64,000 nucleotides of DNA from Styela clava (Eukaryota), in assembly GCF_964204865.1 (NCBI RefSeq), contig NC_135260.1, forward strand, positions 15,834,478 through 15,898,477, written 5' to 3'. The position numbers and the translations under genes were made by a program. Shown one piece after another: positions 56,001 to 64,000 of this stretch; the first letter of the stretch is position 1, and each line of letters opens with the position of its first letter. Below the pieces are notes generated by a model. The model ran no database searches. It saw nothing but the letters and a program-made list of their open reading frames with translations, and was not told the DNA's origin.

Positions 56001-59000
56001 TAATCGCTATTTTAAAACAACATTCAGGATTCACACAATCGTAAGTTCGCTAGGTTTATCTATCTAATGCTAAAATAACACGAACACCATAGAAAAGCAT
56101 GAGAAACTCAATTATCATTTTAATAAATATCTGCATTTCGGTTACCGTTCACTTTAAACAGGCACGGTTAATTTACAACCGATGATAAGAAAGATCAAAT
56201 CCAAGGCAGAGGATAAAACTCAGAATAAAATTAATTTGGTTTTGACATCAGCCCTTAATGTCTTCAACAGCTGTCGCTGATGTGAAAGCAAGGGTATACT
56301 AGAAAATGAAAACTTCGATATCCGGCGGCCCCCTTATTCTTGCAAAAAACGAGAAAGAGCAGGAATATAGAATACCAACTTTAGGATATCGCCGCCGAAA
56401 CGATCGCGGTGACAAAGACAATCAGCGATTATGATGAAATTAACCCTCAACAAGAAAAACAAAACGCTTTATTGCCGACTTTATATTAATTTCCAAATTG
56501 AGTATCACCCCCCGACGTTCTGGATCCCTGCTATATATAAAAAAAATATATATATATATATATTTATCATTCGACTGTTCGGTATTTGGTAAAAATATTC
56601 AAATTATTCGATCCGTAAAAAGAGACGATTTTGCCCACCCTAGACTAATAGCCATTTATTTTGGCTTTGATTTCTAATAAGTTTGTCAAAGCGGGTCGTA
56701 ATCGTGGAGGATGCAATGTGCAGTAGCTGCTTGAGATTATCGCCAAATATTTCGGGACTATTTTTGATTACTGGAACAAAATTAAAATGCTCTAGAAATT
56801 AATAAAATCATTGAGTTATTTGATTTATACATAATATTCAGAAATGCGACAAAAACTGAAAACCCCCGAAAGCAAGCCAATAATGATTACAGTCATGGTT
56901 AAAATCTTTCCAAGTGAAAAGTGTCGGAGTGGCCGCGAAAATGCTTACAGTTGCGTCACTATTGCATCTTGTATAGATTAGTCAACGCTACGCAAATAAG
57001 CACGGCGGAATCCATTCGACTAACTAATACACTTAACACTTCCACATTTTAATTTCAAGTCAATGATTAGTTTTCAATTAAAATTTTTCTTTGAAAAAGA
57101 ATTCATTTTCAAGGCATTAACAAGAGCCGCAGGAAAGGTTTGTAGAATCACTGATCTAGACTGTCCTTCAGCAACTTGACACTGTAACTACTGGACGGAC
57201 TCCCGCAATGCCAGCAAAATGTCATACCAGAGTGTTAACTTGAATCGTAAAATGAAGATCAGAATTATTATATCACGCATAGATAGGGTTACCATATTTT
57301 TGTCGATTTTCAAATCGAGACGCCTCGAAAGACAACGACCCATTAGCTGTGATTTTGTAACTGACGTTGACGATTGTAATTGACGTTAACCGTTACCGGT
57401 ACAAATAATTCGAATTTAGACTAATCAGTATTAGTTTTACATGTGATACGTCTGCCCTCAATGGGAATCAGAGGGAAACGAACGCATTCACCTTCAGTAA
57501 GAAGGCTAGCGTTCTTGTTACAACAGTAACAAGAACATGTTTGTGTATTATGCTGGAAAAGCGGGACTTTTGGCTGACTTATCGGTACGGCGGGACAAAA
57601 CGCTGAAAAGCGGGACGTATGGTAAGCCTACGCATAGACATTGTCATGTATTGCCATGATGTATTATTTTACGTTTTATTTTATAAAAATACAATAAAAA
57701 AAAAGATCAGAATTTCAAAATCACGTTATATAATCTAGTTCGAATATTGGCAATTTTTTAAAAATAAATAAAAATGTATAAAACTTCTCCCATAGAAGTG
57801 AATTCACGAATTAAGGTAGCAATGCATAATTTATGGTTAAATATCGGGCCGCGTGGGAACCAGAAATAAGAAAAGCAATATTCTTCTAGTCATATTTTCA
57901 ATATCAACTTATTGTTACAATAAGTTTTCAATTTTTATAAAATTTCCAATATTCGAAGTTCGAAAAGGCTCAGCAGGTTTCGCTCAAGAGACGTGAGATT
58001 TTATTATTTTATAATCAAGAGGGCAAACTGAAGTTTTTTACGAGACTCGAACCAAAGCCTTTTGAATTTGGGGTATTCTGACAGCTAATATATATGTCTT
58101 TGTTTGTCAAAATAACATACATATGTAAAGAGAAAGGAAGAAAATAGAAAGCAAACTCCTCCCCAAAAACGACAAAATTTTTCCCTGTAGCATTGCCAGA
58201 TTTATAGTAGTATGACCGACCGCTCCTGCCTGTATAGCGCCTTGCCCTGAGCCCCTTATAATAAAGGGCAAAATATCAACAGCTTTATGATGATTGGAGA
58301 CCCAGACTACACGGAATGGGTTATGCTGTTCTATGCATGCACTGTATGCTTTAGGGAAAAGGCTTTAATTTTAATCTCATTCGTTTCAAATAATTTATTC
58401 AACATATTTATGACTGTTCAGAACAAAATATTTAGATTGATTTAAAATTATTTATATATATAATATTTGATATTATTATACATTTTTAATTTTGGGAATA
58501 ATTTAAATTTAGGAATTTCTTTAAATTAGTTCCAATTTCTCTGTTGAATATGACCAAATTTGAACAGATTGCAAAATTCACAGGTGATTGATTCATAGTG
58601 TTTTTACTGAATTTTATTGTTTTCATGACGGTGATTAAAATCAGTATAAAATCGGGATGATTTGAGACAAAAAATAGCCTAGTATGCGTCATTTCACTTG
58701 TAAGTAAAGTAAACATGTTACATCCATCAATAGGCAGGCACAGAGATATTCTAACCTAGATTTGTAAAGTTTGCTGTCATTTCTAATAATGCAACGATAT
58801 CATTTGAAGATATTGGTATGTATTTAATCCACTACCACGACCTTTGCAACCTGATCTCGGGCCGGCTTATTTTTTTCAAGCGTCCTATTCTTCGTTCATC
58901 AGTTTTCTAGTATCGAGTATAAATATTCAATAATCACAGGCTTCCTATCAGACATAATGTTTGATTGTTCAATATTTTCACCGTTCAATGTACACAGGGC

Positions 59001-62000
59001 TGTCTATTGACCCCACCATACTTCTCTTCTACCTTCAACCGCCTTTGTTAATATCGAAAAGTGCGCACAAGTCGCTTTCTCTTTGATACTTTTGAGTGTT
59101 CAATTTAATTTTGGAGCCAACACTCGGGCTATGAGGGTTCACTCTTGATTCTTACATGGGGACAATTATATGAACGGAGCCGATAAAATTTCAGATTGCT
59201 TAGAAAGTGCTGAATATTTTCAGAAAGACCTACGTGCAAACTGGCATTACGTTCTACATTCCAGCCCAGCGTGAATAGTTCACGCATCTCACCGCACGTA
59301 AAAGTAATTCCACAAAACTGTCGCGGGATATTACACTATTTGTTGAAGGGCTCCATGAAAAACGAAATTTTTTATGCACGCTACAAATTCATGAGCTCGA
59401 TTCCATTGAAGCAACACGATTCATAGATACACTGCATGCATGCACAATAAATTAGCACTTCCAAAAACTGTATATTGCTACGACAGTATTGCGACAAGCT
59501 TAGACAGATCAGTTGATCTTCAAAACATTCCTTCAAATCATATATTGCCAGAGAAGTCAACCCGGTCATACTATTAAATTGCTAATCTTGAAAGAAGAAG
59601 CATTGTTTTTGTAATTTTCATCAAAAGATTTCGCTAAGTAAACTCGAAAAAGGGCCCGGCATGAAATAATCGGATGTTCTCAACAGACGAAAAAAATGGT
59701 AATGACTAGGAGCATAACCTTCATTTTCATTCATAAAGAAGGTTGCACATAAGATTAACTGTTCATAATTTGTTCATTATCAAGACGTCAAGAATAAAAC
59801 AATATTTAGAACAGAGATAGGAAAATGCATTAGAAACAGTACGTAGTTAAAAGTGCGGGACCGCAGTGTTAACATGATGAACGACGAACGAATTCTCTCC
59901 CTCCTTGTCGTGGAAGGTGATTATGATAAAATGTCAACCCTTATAACGCCCGCGCGTATTTTTGAAACAAAGTTTCACAATCAAGTACCCCCGATTTTGA
60001 TACAAAATTCGGAAGTCATTTGTATATTTCCGTCTTAAAGTCTTTATAAATTTATATGAAAAATACTCTTCAAGAGGTCACTCGAAATGTAGCGAAATAA
60101 GGTATTTATGAGTATATGCGGGATTATCAGTCAAATGAAAAAACAAATTAAATACTAGAAGGAAATTAACCAGGTAATCTTCTTATCCAGACGCGATAAC
60201 CCTTCACACCGCATCGAACGTCACAAAATAAATTGGACCGCGCGGTCATGTGACTCACGTACGCATGACAAGACAAGAATGCGACCATTACATCACCCGC
60301 AAAAGTCACGTAGCTTGTTGAAGTGACAAAGAATTACAATTTACCTAAATACAGAATGGTACACTGAAATGATATATAAAAGGCCGATCACGAAATGACT
60401 GCTGGCAAACTAGTCAAGATTGATACGGCCAAATCAACCACTTTGAAGGATCTGCGTCAGGTGTCGGGAAACCAAAAAGGGGGACCTATATTATCATTTT
60501 TATATTCATTCCGCAAGGCGGTACTTGGTAACGAGCAGACGAGGGCATTGATGAATAACTGGAAAGGGTGGTCCATTCCGATTCATCACGACGGCGGAAT
60601 TCACTGCATTACAACGTCCAATGGTAAACTGACATTGCTCATATTTACTGTCATATCCATGATACCAATGTCATATACTTCGGGAACAATTTAAAACTAT
60701 TCAAATTTTTATTTCTCGAAGCCGCTTTGTAAACAATTTGACGCTTGACGTAATTTTCGGTTAATCATCATCGCAGTTGTGTGAAAAAGTATCAAGTTCC
60801 TGTCATGATTGATGATAAGTATCATAAGATATCTGTTGTTGGTGATCATATCGTCCTTCGGTAATCGTCTTCAACATATTGCCAATCTGTAAATTTATTA
60901 ATGGTAAATATATAATTTGTTCATAAGATAACACAAATCAAGATACAGTATTAAAAATACATGTTTCCGGTGGGAAATAGTTGAAAAAATAACGCAAAGG
61001 AACCCACGTAAAAGAGCTCTCAGCCAAATTACACAACGAATCGTAACTGACGTAAGTTAAAACAACGATTGCCCTCTTTTGAATAACGCTCAGAAAACAT
61101 TGCCAGAGAGCAAAGTACTGAATAAATGGACTCTCACACTTGGCGGCTTCGTTGTCTTTCACAGTTTATACCAAGTACTCAAACTGTCGTTAAAAGCTAG
61201 AAGTCAGATGCAGTAAGCATACAAACAAGCGCGGATTAAAATGACAAATAGGCATACCGACGCGGCGCGTTTTGGTTCGAATCAGCATAAACTGCCTGAA
61301 AATGTTTTAAAGCTTTATCAAATGTATGTTGTTGTTTTGTTTCAATCGATACACTCATAATATGAGGTTTTATAAAGAACACTTCGCCAGATGCGATTTT
61401 ACAATCGATAGAAAAACAACATTCCCCTAAGCGACAGTCTCCTAGCTTAGCGACAGTACCGAGATCGATAGGTAACGGGTGACATTTCTCACGTACGCAT
61501 ACTCATTTAACTTTCTCTTCAAACCAACTAATGAGGATAAATTTTATTCAAATACTTTAATTCTCCTTAATAAACCTAATTTAGGCATTCAATTTCATTT
61601 TACGTAATGGCTTTTTTTTTTGCTTTTATTTTTTTTTCAGAATCCAGTCCATATCATATACCCAAGTTAAAAAACTGATCTCAAACTAGGCAGGCAGATT
61701 TTATCTGCTTTTCATACTTGGTAAAGAGTAGATTATTGGGATGGGAACCAAGATTTGTCAGTAACTCCGCAATAAATAAGATAATGTTAACATACCATCA
61801 CTTTTCTTATTTGGACCTTCAATAATTTACTAGAGGAAAAGCAAAGCGTGATAAACAACAACACACCAGCGGAACTCTGAAGAATTCCTGACCAACAAAA
61901 CCAATAACTTCGGAGTAAAGTACTAAGAGAATCTTTGAAAATATCAGTAATTAACCACAACCTTTCAAAAATAACAAGAATCGTATTCTTAGATTCTTGC

Positions 62001-62285
62001 TTGCTTAAATTACTAGCTATATATCAATAATTTTTTTTTATCTTTTGTAAAAACTGAATGCTTATGACCCTAAGAACTATTCAATTGATTAAATACTCAT
62101 ATTTTGTTTCCAAGATTAAAGGGTAGAGTTAGGAAAATTTATTTATTCAACAGTATTTAATAATTTTATAATCTTTTAAACAGCAAATATTTGGGACAAG
62201 AATTAATAACCTGGTCAAAAAAATAAACAAATATCAGTTTGATAGACTTTTAAACTGGTTTCATTCTAGAACAAGCTTTTACAAA

Positions 62286-63496
<1,211 letters not shown>

Positions 63497-64000
63497 TCAT
63501 AGAACTGGTTTTAGTAAACAAAATGTCCAGTAAGATTTAACTGATTTCTTGAAATGGGATAAAAATATCCTATAAATTCAATTTAAATGTCTATGTTTAC
63601 AATGAAATAGATCTCCTTGAAGCAAAGTCATGACTTACCAAAATATTTTCTGCAAAATGAACTAATTAGAATCAAAGCTCATGAATATAATTTAAGTCTA
63701 TGTGGGCACAGATCCCTGATTCGAAACAATATAAAAAGTTTATCTGTAGGCCCAAGCAGAACATTAGAATAAGAGTCTGCCTGAAGATTCATACAATTCA
63801 AATCCCAGCCATTCAAGTTAGCAAAAGTATGACTACAAAAACTTTGGCCTTTACAAATCAGTGGTGTAAAAACACACAATTCTAATATCAGTAACAAATA
63901 CCAACTTTGAAACTTCACAATCATATTTCCATATTTAAATTGTTACAAAATGAATCATAATGACCTGGCTTTGTCTATCGCAGGGATGAGATACAGGGAA

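Noticed and set aside
60395-60694. 99-aa ORF preceded by tatataaaagg
   Set aside because: No recognisable family. The TATA-like motif is only about 10 bp before the ATG, which is the wrong spacing for a promoter. There is no splice or poly(A) context, so I left it uncalled.
63679-63924. 81-aa minus-strand ORF as the next upstream HIF1AN exon
   Set aside because: A weak resemblance (SNVLL..KLFILF against SNLLL..KRCILF) appears in one frame and a CAHID (HxD-like) motif in another. The order is inconsistent with FIH and no usable donor precedes a stop. The upstream exons are probably beyond 64000.

Overview
This window is eukaryotic (metazoan) nuclear DNA, about 65% A+T, with canonical GT-AG introns, so a prokaryotic reading was rejected. 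By recognising protein families and tracing splice sites and phases by hand, I can support nine host genes. (1) A divergently arranged paralog pair of secreted multi-domain lectin genes: gene A on the minus strand (exons 1968-2013, 1122-1244, 618-760), which runs off the left edge, and gene B on the plus strand (13 exons, 6491-14545), with the architecture signal peptide - Cys-rich EGF-like - CTLD - CTLD - 4x EGF - pentraxin. (2) FARS2, mitochondrial Phe-tRNA synthetase (minus, 8 CDS exons, 16531-20648). (3) CCDC25 (minus, 2 exons, 21624-22739). (4) An intronless SLC37-family sugar-phosphate exchanger (plus, 28305-29876). (5) CCZ1 (plus, 13 exons, 30501-38433). (6) DDB1 (minus), with 1117 codons in one exon (46854-50204) and the last 26 codons in a second exon about 7 kb away (39777-39857), across an intron packed with transposons. 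(7) The 3' exons of HIF1AN/FIH (minus, 62286-63472; upstream exons lie beyond the window end). The non-genic sequence is dominated by DNA transposons of the hAT superfamily: one coding a frameshifted ZMYM1/Tip100-like transposase (22972-26717), and several non-autonomous elements and MITEs with 8-bp TSDs (2704-4439, 26902-27217, 37012-37729, 40437-45180). There is also a Tc1/mariner-type MITE with TA TSDs in the DDB1 promoter (50367-51314), a tRNA-derived SINE family (5 copies, including an inverted pair), a satellite of about 300-360 bp, minisatellites, and a roughly 690-bp foldback palindrome with A-rich and T-rich arms. No rRNA, authentic tRNA or CRISPR was found. Coordinates of multi-exon genes were derived by hand and may be off by a few nucleotides at individual splice sites.
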